Assembly (NCBI GenBank): GCA_964437305.1
Contig: CAYTGK010000002.1
Coordinates: 1 to 29,124, forward strand
Direction of reading: 5' to 3'
Source of the DNA: an uncultured Muribaculaceae bacterium
GTDB taxonomy: Bacteria > Bacillota_I > Bacilli_A > RF39 > UBA660
DNA length: 29,124 bases
Shown: in pieces, positions 7,292 through 16,400 of the stretch
Position numbering within the stretch: position 1 is the first letter of the stretch
How the letters are laid out: each line of letters starts with the position of its first letter
The notes under the pieces: model-generated
Database searches by the model: none
Seen by the model: only the letters and a program-made list of their open reading frames with translations
What the model was told of the DNA's origin: nothing
Program-made: the position numbers and the translations under genes

Positions 7292-9793
7292 TTAAAGAAA
7301 ATCATCAATAGTTAATAATTTTTCATCTATTTCTGTTAAACTTGGTCGAGGTTTCTCTGGTGGGTCTGGAAATATAATTTCAATTTCTTCTTGTTTTTGA
7401 AGTTCAACATCAACTGCTACTTCAGTTACATTATTTTTGGTAATTATAGAACCTGTTGAATACCGATCTAAAATTGGAAGTTCGGTTACCTTAATTTTAT
7501 CAATTGTATTACTTCTTAAAATTAAATATTTATTATTAGATTCTATAAATGTTTTTAATACTTTATAAGGATTACTCTTAACTTCTTTTAAAATCATAAC
7601 TCCTCTTCTAGCTCGAGAAGATTTTTCAAATTCAAGAATTTTCATTCGTTTACCTGTTCTTTTATTCGTAATTAAACTTATATAATCAATATCTCCAAAG
7701 TTATTCACCGATACTACAGTGTCATCTTTTAAATTAATTGATTTAACTCCACTTGTTCGAAGCCCAACTACAGGAATCTCTGTAATATCATACCAAAGTC
7801 CATAACCATTCTGAGTTGCAACAAAAATATTACTATATTTTGAGATGAAAGCAGTGATTAACTTATCATCATCTTTTAATTTCATACAATTAACAGTTTT
7901 ATTATAACGAAGTAATTTAAATTCATTTAACTTAGTTCTTTTTATCATACCATTTTTACTTGCTAACGTAATATCTAAATCCATATCAAAATTTTGAATC
8001 CAAATGGAGCTTATAATTTCTTCACCACTAGCAAGTGGAACTAAATTACTTACGTGTTTACCTAAATCTTTCCATTTTAAATCTGGAATTGTATAAACTG
8101 GAATATATAAGAAATTACCAAAATTTGTAAATAATAAAATTGTATCTAAAGTATTAGCTTCATACATACCAATCGGATAGTCATTATCCTTTAAAGCAGG
8201 AGCTACATCAGTTTGAGAAAAAGAACGCATACTACATCTTTTGATATAACCTTCTCTGGTTACTAAAACTATAACATCTTCCTTGGTAATCATAGCTTTC
8301 TCATCAATAGAAATATCTAATACCTCATCTTCGATTACTGTTTTTCGTTCCGTTGCATATTCTTTTTTAATATTTCTTAATTCTTGTTTCATAACTTCTT
8401 TTAACTTATCTTCAGAAGCTAAAATAGCTTCTAACCCTTCAATTATTTTCTTTAAATTATTATATTCATTGATAAAATCTTCAATGTCTGAATTAGTTAA
8501 TCTATATAATTGTAAGGTTACAATATAATCGGCTTGAATTTCTGTAAAATCATATTCTTTTTGTAAATTTAAAATAGCATCAGCTTTGTTTTTACTAGCT
8601 CGAATGGTTTTAATAACTTGATCTAAAATAGAGATGGCTTTTATCATACCTTCAACAATATGCATTCTCTTTTTAGCTGTTTCAAGATCAAAGTTTGTAC
8701 GTCTTGTGATTACTTCTTTAAAATGTTTAATATAAGCATCTAATATTCCAACAACTCCTAAAGTCATTGGACATCTATCAACAATAGCTACCATATTATA
8801 GTTATAATTAATTTGCAAATCACTATTTTTATAAAAATAATTTAAAATTAAATCTTTATTAGCACCTTTCTTTAAATCAATTACAATTCGAACAGGCTCA
8901 TGTCTATCAGATTCATCACGAATTTCTAGAACTCCATCTATTTTTTTATCTAAAACTAATTCACTCATTCGTTTAACAAGCATAGCTTTATTTACATCAA
9001 AAGGAATTTCTCGAACGATTAATTGTTCTTTTCCTTTTTCTTTAATATAATCGACTTTACTTCGAACAACTACTTTTCCTCGTCCTGTTCGTAAAGATTC
9101 TCTAATATCATTAATTCCAGAGGCAATTCCACCAGTTGGAAAATCTGGTCCTTTAATTATTTCAAAAATAGTATCTTCATGACAATTGGGACTATCAATT
9201 CGTTTTATCGTAGCATCAATTACTTCTCCTAAGTTATGGGGTGGAATATTAGTTGCATAGCCAGCAGAAATTCCCGTCGAACCATTAACTAGAAGATTGG
9301 GAAACTTAGCAGGTAGTACAGTTGGCTCCATCATCGTATCATCAAAATTAGGAGCCCAAGTAACTGTATTTTTTTCAATATCTTTTAAAAGTTCATTACT
9401 TATTTTGGAAAGTCTTGCTTCCGTGTAACGCATAGCTGCCGCTGAATCACCATCCATACTACCATTATTACCTTGCATTTCAATATATGGAGTATTTTGT
9501 TTCCACCATTGACTCATCCGTACCATTGCATCATAGATAGATGAATCACCATGTGGATGAAAATTTCCCATAATACTACCAACCGTTTTCGCACTTTTTC
9601 TCGTTGGTTTATCATAAGTGTTATGGTCATTATACATACCATATAAAATTCTTCGTTGAACAGGTTTTAATCCATCTCTTACATCTGGTATGGCTCGATC
9701 TTGAATTATGGCTTTAGCATATCTTGAAAATCTATCTTCCATGATATCTTCAAGAGTTTTATCATAAATCTTTTTAATTAGTTCGTTATCCAT
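7292..9793 (-). CDS. parC: DNA topoisomerase IV subunit A
   Basis: DGLKPVQRR, GNFHPHGDSSIYDAMVRMSQxWK (Firmicute ParC type), AAMRYTE active-site Tyr. Follows parE. ATG 9793 lies after an AAGTGAT SD. Confidence 0.95.
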   Translation of the reverse strand: MDNELIKKIYDKTLEDIMEDRFSRYAKAIIQDRAIPDVRDGLKPVQRRILYGMYNDHNTYDKPTRKSAKTVGSIMGNFHPHGDSSIYDAMVRMSQWWKQNTPYIEMQGNNGSMDGDSAAAMRYTEARLSKISNELLKDIEKNTVTWAPNFDDTMMEPTVLPAKFPNLLVNGSTGISAGYATNIPPHNLGEVIDATIKRIDSPNCHEDTIFEIIKGPDFPTGGIASGINDIRESLRTGRGKVVVRSKVDYIKEKGKEQLIVREIPFDVNKAMLVKRMSELVLDKKIDGVLEIRDESDRHEPVRIVIDLKKGANKDLILNYFYKNSDLQINYNYNMVAIVDRCPMTLGVVGILDAYIKHFKEVITRRTNFDLETAKKRMHIVEGMIKAISILDQVIKTIRASKNKADAILNLQKEYDFTEIQADYIVTLQLYRLTNSDIEDFINEYNNLKKIIEGLEAILASEDKLKEVMKQELRNIKKEYATERKTVIEDEVLDISIDEKAMITKEDVIVLVTREGYIKRCSMRSFSQTDVAPALKDNDYPIGMYEANTLDTILLFTNFGNFLYIPVYTIPDLKWKDLGKHVSNLVPLASGEEIISSIWIQNFDMDLDITLASKNGMIKRTKLNEFKLLRYNKTVNCMKLKDDDKLITAFISKYSNIFVATQNGYGLWYDITEIPVVGLRTSGVKSINLKDDTVVSVNNFGDIDYISLITNKRTGKRMKILEFEKSSRARRGVMILKEVKSNPYKVLKTFIESNNKYLILRSNTIDKIKVTELPILDRYSTGSIITKNNVTEVAVDVELQKQEEIEIIFPDPPEKPRPSLTEIDEKLLTIDDFL

Positions 9794-9798
9794 TTGTA

Positions 9799-11709
9799 TC
9801 ACTTCCCTATCACGTAATTATCTTCAAGTGAAAACTCAATATTTTCTTCAATCCATTCTTTTCTTGGCTCAACTTTATCTCCCATTAGAACACTAACTCT
9901 TTTTTCAGCAAGTAAAGCGTCCGTGATTGTAACTTTAATTAAACTTCTAGTCTCAGGATTCATCGTCGTTTCCCATAATTGTTCAGCATTCATTTCACCT
10001 AGTCCTTTGTAACGTTGAATATTTATAGCTTTCATTTTTTGACTAGCTATGATTTGATCTTTAGAAGCATCATCCCATGCATAATAAGTTTTTTTAGGAA
10101 AATCTATCTTATATAAAGGAGGTAACGCAATAAATAATTTACCACTTTCAATTAAACCTCGCATATAACGATAAAAGAAAGTTAATAACAATATTTGAAT
10201 ATGCGCACCATCATCATCAGCATCGGTCATGATAATTATTTTGTCATAATTAGAGTCTTCTGATTCAAAATCTGACCCAACTCCAGCTCCAATTGTATGA
10301 ATGATAGTTGATATCTCTTCGTTTTTATATAATTCTTCCATTCTTGTTTTTTCCGTATTTAAAACTTTACCTCGAAGTGGTAAGATAGCTTGAAATGTCC
10401 TATCACGTCCACTTTTAGCTGACCCTCCAGCTGAATCACCCTCTACTAAATATAACTCATTTTTTTTAGGGTTTTTGGTTCCAGCTGGTGCTAATTTTCC
10501 ACTTAATAGTTTTTCTTTTTTATCTTTATTTTTACCATTTCTTGCCTCATCTCTCGCTTTTCTTGCAGCTTCTCTTGCAATTTTACTTCTAACCATTTTT
10601 TCCATTATATCCGTGGCAATTTTTTTATTTTCTTCCAAAAAATATTGAAGTTTCTCAGTAACTAAAGCTTCAACTGCAGGACGAGCCACTGGAGTTCCTA
10701 ATTTACCTTTGGTTTGTCCTTCAAATTGTAATATAGCTTCTGGAATTTGTAAACTAATAATAGCCGTCAAACCTTCACGAGTATCACTTCCCTCTAAATT
10801 CTTATCTTTAGCTTTCAAAAAGCCATTATTTCTTGCATAATCATTAAAAACTTTCGTTAAAGCTGTTTTAAACCCAACTTCATGCGTACCACCATCACCA
10901 GTTTTAACATTATTAACAAACGATTCAATTGTTTCATTATAAGAATCAGTATATTGAAAAGCGATTTGCATATGCATTTTATCTTTATCACCTTCAAAAT
11001 AGGCAACATCATGCAAAACATTTTTATCTTCGTTTAAATAAGCAACAAATTGCTTAACACCATCTTCATAGCAAAAATGTTCTTCTCGTCCATCTTCTAA
11101 ATCATAAACATCAATTGTTAAACCTTTTAAAAGAAAAGCCGATTCTTGCATTCTTTCACAGATAGTTGTAAAAGAAAAATTTGTAGTTGAAAATATCTTT
11201 GAATCAGGTAAAAAGCGAACTTTAGTTCCCGTTCTATTAGTAGTTCCAATTTGCTTTAAAGGTACATCAACTTTTCCTCCATCTTTAAATCTAATAAAAT
11301 ATTCCCCTTTATCTTTTTTAATTGTAACTTCCATCCATGACGATAAGGCATTTACAACCGATGCTCCTACTCCATGCAATCCACCTGAAACTTTATATCC
11401 AGATTGTTCAAACTTACCACCAGCATGAAGAACTGTATAAATTACTTCAGGAGTTGAAATACCACTTGTATGCATTCCAACAGGAATTCCTCGTCCAAAG
11501 TCTTCTATTTCAATACTTTTATCTTTATGAATTGTAATAATAATTCGATTTCCATAACCATTAATTACCTCATCAATTGAGTTATCAACAATTTCCCAAA
11601 CTAAATGATGTAGTCCTCTTTTATCAGTTGAGCCAATATACATTCCTGGTCTTTTTCTAACTGCTTCTAAACCTTCTAATATTTTAATTGAACTTTCATC
11701 ATATGCCAT
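9799..11709 (-). CDS. parE: DNA topoisomerase IV subunit B
   Basis: LEGLEAVRKRPGMYIGST, GHKL motifs, toprim VEGDSAGGS, PLRGK, DADDDG; ParE-type end VEPRKEWIEENIEF. Start MAYDESS at 11709 after GGAGTGAT. Confidence 0.95.
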   Translation of the reverse strand: MAYDESSIKILEGLEAVRKRPGMYIGSTDKRGLHHLVWEIVDNSIDEVINGYGNRIIITIHKDKSIEIEDFGRGIPVGMHTSGISTPEVIYTVLHAGGKFEQSGYKVSGGLHGVGASVVNALSSWMEVTIKKDKGEYFIRFKDGGKVDVPLKQIGTTNRTGTKVRFLPDSKIFSTTNFSFTTICERMQESAFLLKGLTIDVYDLEDGREEHFCYEDGVKQFVAYLNEDKNVLHDVAYFEGDKDKMHMQIAFQYTDSYNETIESFVNNVKTGDGGTHEVGFKTALTKVFNDYARNNGFLKAKDKNLEGSDTREGLTAIISLQIPEAILQFEGQTKGKLGTPVARPAVEALVTEKLQYFLEENKKIATDIMEKMVRSKIAREAARKARDEARNGKNKDKKEKLLSGKLAPAGTKNPKKNELYLVEGDSAGGSAKSGRDRTFQAILPLRGKVLNTEKTRMEELYKNEEISTIIHTIGAGVGSDFESEDSNYDKIIIMTDADDDGAHIQILLLTFFYRYMRGLIESGKLFIALPPLYKIDFPKKTYYAWDDASKDQIIASQKMKAINIQRYKGLGEMNAEQLWETTMNPETRSLIKVTITDALLAEKRVSVLMGDKVEPRKEWIEENIEFSLEDNYVIGK

Positions 11710-11781
11710 TTTATCACTCCTTGCTAGAGATGAAAAAATACTAATTATTAGTATTATCTTCAACTATTTTTTTTCATAAAT

Positions 11782-11810
11782 ATTATAACCAATTTTTTTC
11801 AAGAAGACAA
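11782..11810 (-). promoter_or_regulatory. Sigma-A promoter for parE-parC
   Basis: TTGTCT (11810-11805), 17 nt, TATAAT (11787-11782). Confidence 0.7.
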
Positions 11811-12178
11811 GTAAAAAAACATCTATTTGACAACCAAAATTATTTTTTTAGTAAACTCTTTTCTTTAACCAAACACTTAATTATCTAACTTATAACTTTT
11901 TCATGTGCTTTAGATATTATTATTTTTCAATATAATTAAATTATTATAACTAATAATATCATCTAAATTATAAAGTTTCCTTTTTCTTATATCAAAAATT
12001 CCAATAGAAGTTTTTTATCAAGTCCTCTCTAATACGTTCTTTAATTTTAGCTTATTTAATAAATCACTTATTTCTCATTTTACACGCCTTATATATCAAT
12101 TATATCACATAATTATGATATTTTACTATTTTTAAATATATCAATATTTGGTTATCTATCTTAATTCTAGCAATTAGT

Positions 12179-12205
12179 AAAAAAGTAGGTTTTAATTTCC
12201 TACTT
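12179..12205 (-). terminator. Intrinsic terminator after the yafQ pseudogene
   Basis: aagtagg (12183-89) / cctactt (12199-205) stem, 9-nt loop, minus-strand T-tract 12184-12179. Confidence 0.65.
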
Positions 12206-12472
12206 ATTAAATAAGTTACTATAATACCAGTTGTAACTAATAGAAGTTCAAGTTTATTTGCTAAATCAATAACCAATCAGATTCTATATGACACTCTTTA
12301 AAATTTTTATAATATTTATCATTAATTAAAAGATAGGCTCTATACTTTAGCTCTAGTTTTTCTTTAATTGCCAATTTATCTCACTATCTTTAATTTTTTT
12401 TAAATCTTTTCCTGGTTTTCCAACTTTTTTATATTGGCTTTTAAAATTGGAAGATAATACTACTTTATACAT
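12200..12472 (-). pseudogene. yafQ: YafQ-family (RelE superfamily) mRNA interferase toxin pseudogene
   Basis: Stitched frames give MYKVVLSSNFKSQYKKVGKPGKDLKK.. / DKLAIKEKLELKYRAYLLINDKYYKNFKECHIESDWLLI*QIN / LELLLVTTG / YSNLFNK*. Span is 273 nt (~91 codons, YafQ size) with the ECHIxxDWLLIY motif. Contains an in-frame TAG at 12263-12261 and at least three frameshifts. Confidence 0.85.
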
Positions 12473-12510
12473 TAGTTATTCAAATAATCAAACAATTTTT
12501 TTAATTGTTC
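12472..12510 (-). pseudogene. Probable 3' stub of a DinJ/RelB-type antitoxin
   Basis: EQLKKLFDYLNN* ends in a TAATG overlap with the toxin ATG, the usual TA coupling. Only ~45 nt separate it from the sbcC stop, so the rest is missing. Confidence 0.4.
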
Positions 12511-12554
12511 TATAATAAGATAAAATATTATAATTAGTTTTAAATTATTTATAT

Positions 12555-15131
12555 TTATTTACCCTCTACTCTTACAATACTTCCAGTATTTGTTTTATTA
12601 ATAATTATTTTATTATCTATTCTACTCATAAGTTCAGAAACGTGTGATATTACTCCTACTAATTTATCATTATTAGATAAATCTGATAAAATATTTAAGG
12701 CTTGATTTAATGATTCAGAATCTAATGAACCAAAGCCCTCATCTATAAATAAAGAATCAATTTTAATACCACCACAATTATTACTTATTGTATCACTTAA
12801 CCCTAAAGCAAGAGCAAGTGAAGCCTTAAACTTCTCACCTCCTGAAAGGGAAGCTACATCTCTTTCTTTTCCTGTATATGAATCAAATATTGAAAAATCT
12901 AATCCCGATTTAACATTCAACTTGATTTCTGTTTCTTTTTTCTTTAATTCATATCTACTATCTGTCATTTTTATTAATCTCTTATTAGCTTCTACTAATA
13001 CACTATTCATAAAATATGATTGAACATAATTTTCAAAAGTAATTCTTTGTTTTCCAACTAATAACCCATTAGCAGTATCACTCAAAATTTTTATAGTAGC
13101 ATATTCACTTTCAATATTTTTAAAATCTTCGATATAATTTTCTATACTCTTCGTTGACTCTTTTAGTTTTACTAAAGAAGTATTTAATTTTGTATACAAA
13201 TCATCTAATTCTTTATATTTCTCTGATACAATATTCAATTGTTCTTCTTTAGAAGATAAATCTATTATATCTTTTCCCTTAACTTCTAATTCTAATCTTT
13301 TAATTATAACTTCTAATTCTTGTTTCTTTTTATTATATTGTTCTATTTTATTTTTTAATTCCATTAAAGAAGTTTTATCCATTTTGTTTTCTAGATATTC
13401 TTGATAATTAGTATTGTTTTCTTTATATGCACTTTCTAATAACCCATTAGCTTCTTGAATATTTTTCTCAAAGGTTTTAATATCATCATTAAATATTTTA
13501 ATATCATCTTTTGAACTTTTTATATTACTAATTAATTGTTCTTTTTCCTTAGACAAAGTTTTAAATTCTTCTTCTTTTTTCTCGTTAGTTTCCTTTACTT
13601 CTTGAAGTAATAAACTTGTTTTATTTTTTTCTTCTAAAACATTTAAATCATCAGGAATATTAAATTCTTTAATAGATTTTCTTATTTCATCTATTCTTGC
13701 TTCATTCGTTTTTCTTAAGCCATCTATTCTTTTTAATTCTCTTTCGGCATTTTCTAAATCTTCTTTTGTATACTCACAGTCAATAGCTTTTGCTTTCATA
13801 GGATGACTTTTTGAGCCACATACAGGACAAGCTTCCCCATCTATTAAAGTTTCAGCAATTGAAACAGAAATATTTAAATAATATTTTTGTCTCATACTTT
13901 CATATAAAGCATTCTGTCTCTCATAATTACTCAAGTATATCTTATATTCCTTTTCTACTTTTTCTAACTCATCCATTTTATTCAAATAATTATTATAACA
14001 TTTTAATGTATCTGTTAATTTAGTTATTTCATCATTTAATTTTCCTACATCTTTAGAATAATTATCTAAATTAATAAATTTATCTTCCTTATCCTTATAT
14101 TCTTTTTCATATTTATCCAAATTAATTTTAGTTAATTTTTCTTTTTCTTTTTTTTCATTTAATGCTACTCTATCTTTCTTAATTTCATTTAAAATATCTG
14201 TAATTGTATTAGCAATAGTAATATTATAATTATATTTTTTTTCTTCTTTAAGAATATCTTTATTAGCTAAAAATAAATTATCTAATTCATTTTTGGCTAA
14301 TTGATAATCATTAATTTTCTTATTTAATTCATTAATATTATTTAATTCATTTATTAAATTTGTCTTTTCATCATTTTTTTTATCTCTTTTACCTTTAATC
14401 AATAATAATTTATCATTATCTTCTTTAATTTTTGCTTTTAAAGTTTTAATAGTTTCTTCATTATTTAAACCATAAATATTAATAATTGATTCTAAATTAC
14501 TTTTTAAAATATCAATTTTATCTTTAATCTTATTTAATTCTTCTTCTTTTAAAGACTTATTAAGTTTCAATTTATTTTGTAATTTATCATAAAATTCTGT
14601 TCCAAATATTTTTCTAAATATGGTAGTTTTTTCTTCTGAGGTTGCTAAAAGAAATTTAGTAAATTCTCCTTGAGATAACATAGCAACTTGTCTAAATTGT
14701 TTATAGTCTAAACCAATTAAATTTTCTATTTCTTTAGTTACATCTGTAACTTTAGTAATAATTCTACCATCTATATTTAATTCGGCAGTTGGAGAGTGCT
14801 TAGTTTCTCCTATTCCATTTTTCTTTTTACGATTATACTCAGGACTTCTTTTTACTTCATATAATTTATTTTTATAATAAAATTCTAAATCTACAAAAGT
14901 ATCAATATCAAGAGATGCCCAATCACTTCTTAAAGAATTTGCAGTTCTTACTTCTCCAGAAGTTTGTCCATATAAAGCATAGCATATAGCATCAAATATA
15001 GTTGTTTTCCCAGCTCCAGTATCACCAGATATAAGTAATAAACCCTTATCTATTTTATTTTTTTCAAAATCTATTACAACTTTATCTTTAAATGGACCAA
15101 ATGCTTGCAAAGTTAATTTCTTTAATTGCAT
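12555..15131 (-). CDS. sbcC: SbcC (Rad50-like) ATPase, about 858 aa
   Basis: AFGPF, Walker A GDTGAGKTT, zinc hook CPVCG, signature LSGGEKF, Walker B/D-loop FIDEGFGSLD, ISH, long coiled coil. AAGGAGG SD lies 9 nt before ATG 15131. Confidence 0.95.
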   Translation of the reverse strand: MQLKKLTLQAFGPFKDKVVIDFEKNKIDKGLLLISGDTGAGKTTIFDAICYALYGQTSGEVRTANSLRSDWASLDIDTFVDLEFYYKNKLYEVKRSPEYNRKKKNGIGETKHSPTAELNIDGRIITKVTDVTKEIENLIGLDYKQFRQVAMLSQGEFTKFLLATSEEKTTIFRKIFGTEFYDKLQNKLKLNKSLKEEELNKIKDKIDILKSNLESIINIYGLNNEETIKTLKAKIKEDNDKLLLIKGKRDKKNDEKTNLINELNNINELNKKINDYQLAKNELDNLFLANKDILKEEKKYNYNITIANTITDILNEIKKDRVALNEKKEKEKLTKINLDKYEKEYKDKEDKFINLDNYSKDVGKLNDEITKLTDTLKCYNNYLNKMDELEKVEKEYKIYLSNYERQNALYESMRQKYYLNISVSIAETLIDGEACPVCGSKSHPMKAKAIDCEYTKEDLENAERELKRIDGLRKTNEARIDEIRKSIKEFNIPDDLNVLEEKNKTSLLLQEVKETNEKKEEEFKTLSKEKEQLISNIKSSKDDIKIFNDDIKTFEKNIQEANGLLESAYKENNTNYQEYLENKMDKTSLMELKNKIEQYNKKKQELEVIIKRLELEVKGKDIIDLSSKEEQLNIVSEKYKELDDLYTKLNTSLVKLKESTKSIENYIEDFKNIESEYATIKILSDTANGLLVGKQRITFENYVQSYFMNSVLVEANKRLIKMTDSRYELKKKETEIKLNVKSGLDFSIFDSYTGKERDVASLSGGEKFKASLALALGLSDTISNNCGGIKIDSLFIDEGFGSLDSESLNQALNILSDLSNNDKLVGVISHVSELMSRIDNKIIINKTNTGSIVRVEGK

Positions 15132-15132
15132 A

Positions 15133-16260
15133 TTATTCATCCTCCTTTAAAGATTCAATTATTGTTTTAATATAATCATCTTCATTTTGTTTCATATCTC
15201 TTTCATTTTGTTCTTTAAAAAATGATTCAAATAATTGATAGGGAGTTGCATCTTTTTTTATTTCTGTTACCAAATTATCATCATTCTTGTCATATTTATT
15301 AACAAAAACCAAAGAAATAGCATTTTTAAATCTTTTTTTAATTTCTTCCATTGGGGAAATTATTGTATTTTCATCTTCTAATTCAACTTTAATAATATCA
15401 TCACTTGGTTTCATATTCATTATCGAAGCAAAGGTTCCCCTTAAAACTCTCATATCTCTTAATGGTTTTAATTCTATTAATTCAATGTTATTTAAGTTAT
15501 CTGTATCAATTAATACAACACTTTTTTTATCATTAACTTCACTAAAAGAATATTTTAATGGAGTTCCTGAATATCTTATATTATCTTTTTTAATTTTTTG
15601 AGGTCTATGAATATGTCCTAAAGCAACATAATCAAAACTATCTAACAAATTAACATCTATAGCATCTAAAGTACCAACATTATTTAAAGAAATACTTTCT
15701 GAATCACATTGTTCTGGTAATTCACCATTCCACATCACAAATTGATGAGCCAATAAAATATTAATTTTACTCTTATCTATTTGCTCGTTAGCTAATATCC
15801 ATTTCATCATATCATTTGAATTATTAATGTTATTGTAATCTTTCTCATCTATTAAATTTTTAAGATGAAATGGTTTTAAAAATGGTAACATATAAAAATC
15901 TACATTATCAACACTAACTTTAGATATTCTATTATCATATTTAGTAACAATATGAATATTAAAAGAATCAAATATTTTAGAACCAAAAGATAATCTCTCA
16001 CTAGAATCATGATTACCACTTATAATTAATATTTCTACATTTAATTTTGATAACTTAGTTAAAAAATTATCAAATAACATTGTAGCTTCAGAACTTGGAA
16101 TACTTTTATCATAAATATCACCTGAAATCATTATAACCTTAACTTCTTTATCCTTAACTATTTGAATAATTTCTTCAAGGATATATTTTTGATCTTCATA
16201 AAATGATTCTTCGGATAAATTTTTCCCTAAATGCAAATCACTTGTATGTAAAATTTTCAT
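15133..16260 (-). CDS. sbcD: SbcD (Mre11-like) nuclease
   Basis: HTSDLHLG, SGDIYD, GNHD, AHQF, ALGHIH, YSGTPLKYSFSE. ATG 16260 after GAGGTGAT; adjacent to sbcC. Confidence 0.95.
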   Translation of the reverse strand: MKILHTSDLHLGKNLSEESFYEDQKYILEEIIQIVKDKEVKVIMISGDIYDKSIPSSEATMLFDNFLTKLSKLNVEILIISGNHDSSERLSFGSKIFDSFNIHIVTKYDNRISKVSVDNVDFYMLPFLKPFHLKNLIDEKDYNNINNSNDMMKWILANEQIDKSKINILLAHQFVMWNGELPEQCDSESISLNNVGTLDAIDVNLLDSFDYVALGHIHRPQKIKKDNIRYSGTPLKYSFSEVNDKKSVVLIDTDNLNNIELIELKPLRDMRVLRGTFASIMNMKPSDDIIKVELEDENTIISPMEEIKKRFKNAISLVFVNKYDKNDDNLVTEIKKDATPYQLFESFFKEQNERDMKQNEDDYIKTIIESLKEDE

Positions 16261-16307
16261 ATCAATCACCTCTACACTATAATATTTTATTTTAGATTTT
16301 CGTATTA

Positions 16308-16336
16308 ATTATACTATATCTTTAATGTTTTTTCAA
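16308..16336 (-). promoter_or_regulatory. Sigma-A promoter for sbcD-sbcC
   Basis: TTGAAA (16336-16331), 17 nt, TATAAT (16313-16308). Confidence 0.7.
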
Positions 16337-16357
16337 ATCATATCTAATAATACAAAT

Positions 16358-16386
16358 GCATTAAAACTAAAATTTAGAAAATACTA
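16358..16386 (+). promoter_or_regulatory. Forespore (sigma-G/sigma-F-like) promoter for the ger operon
   Basis: GCATT (16358-62), 17 nt, AATACTA (16380-86); one mismatch per box to GHATR/CATWHTA. gerA-type operons are forespore-expressed in B. subtilis. Confidence 0.55.
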
Positions 16387-16400
16387 ATTATTATGGTGAT

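Noticed and set aside
9520-9570. Quinolone-resistance substitutions in the ParC QRDR
   Set aside because: HPHGDSSIYDAM is the wild-type-like Firmicute ParC sequence.
7292-11709. Calling the pair gyrA/gyrB
   Set aside because: The MSQxWK segment, the ParE-type C-terminus and no evident GyrA-box favour topoisomerase IV.
12491-12509. Inverted repeat aacaatt-N5-aattgtt as the sbcC terminator or a TA operator
   Set aside because: Nearly all-AT 7-bp stem without a proper U-tract; falls inside the putative antitoxin stub; not distinguishable from chance.
16270-16340. LexA/SOS box upstream of sbcD
   Set aside because: No GAAC-N4-GTTC core found.
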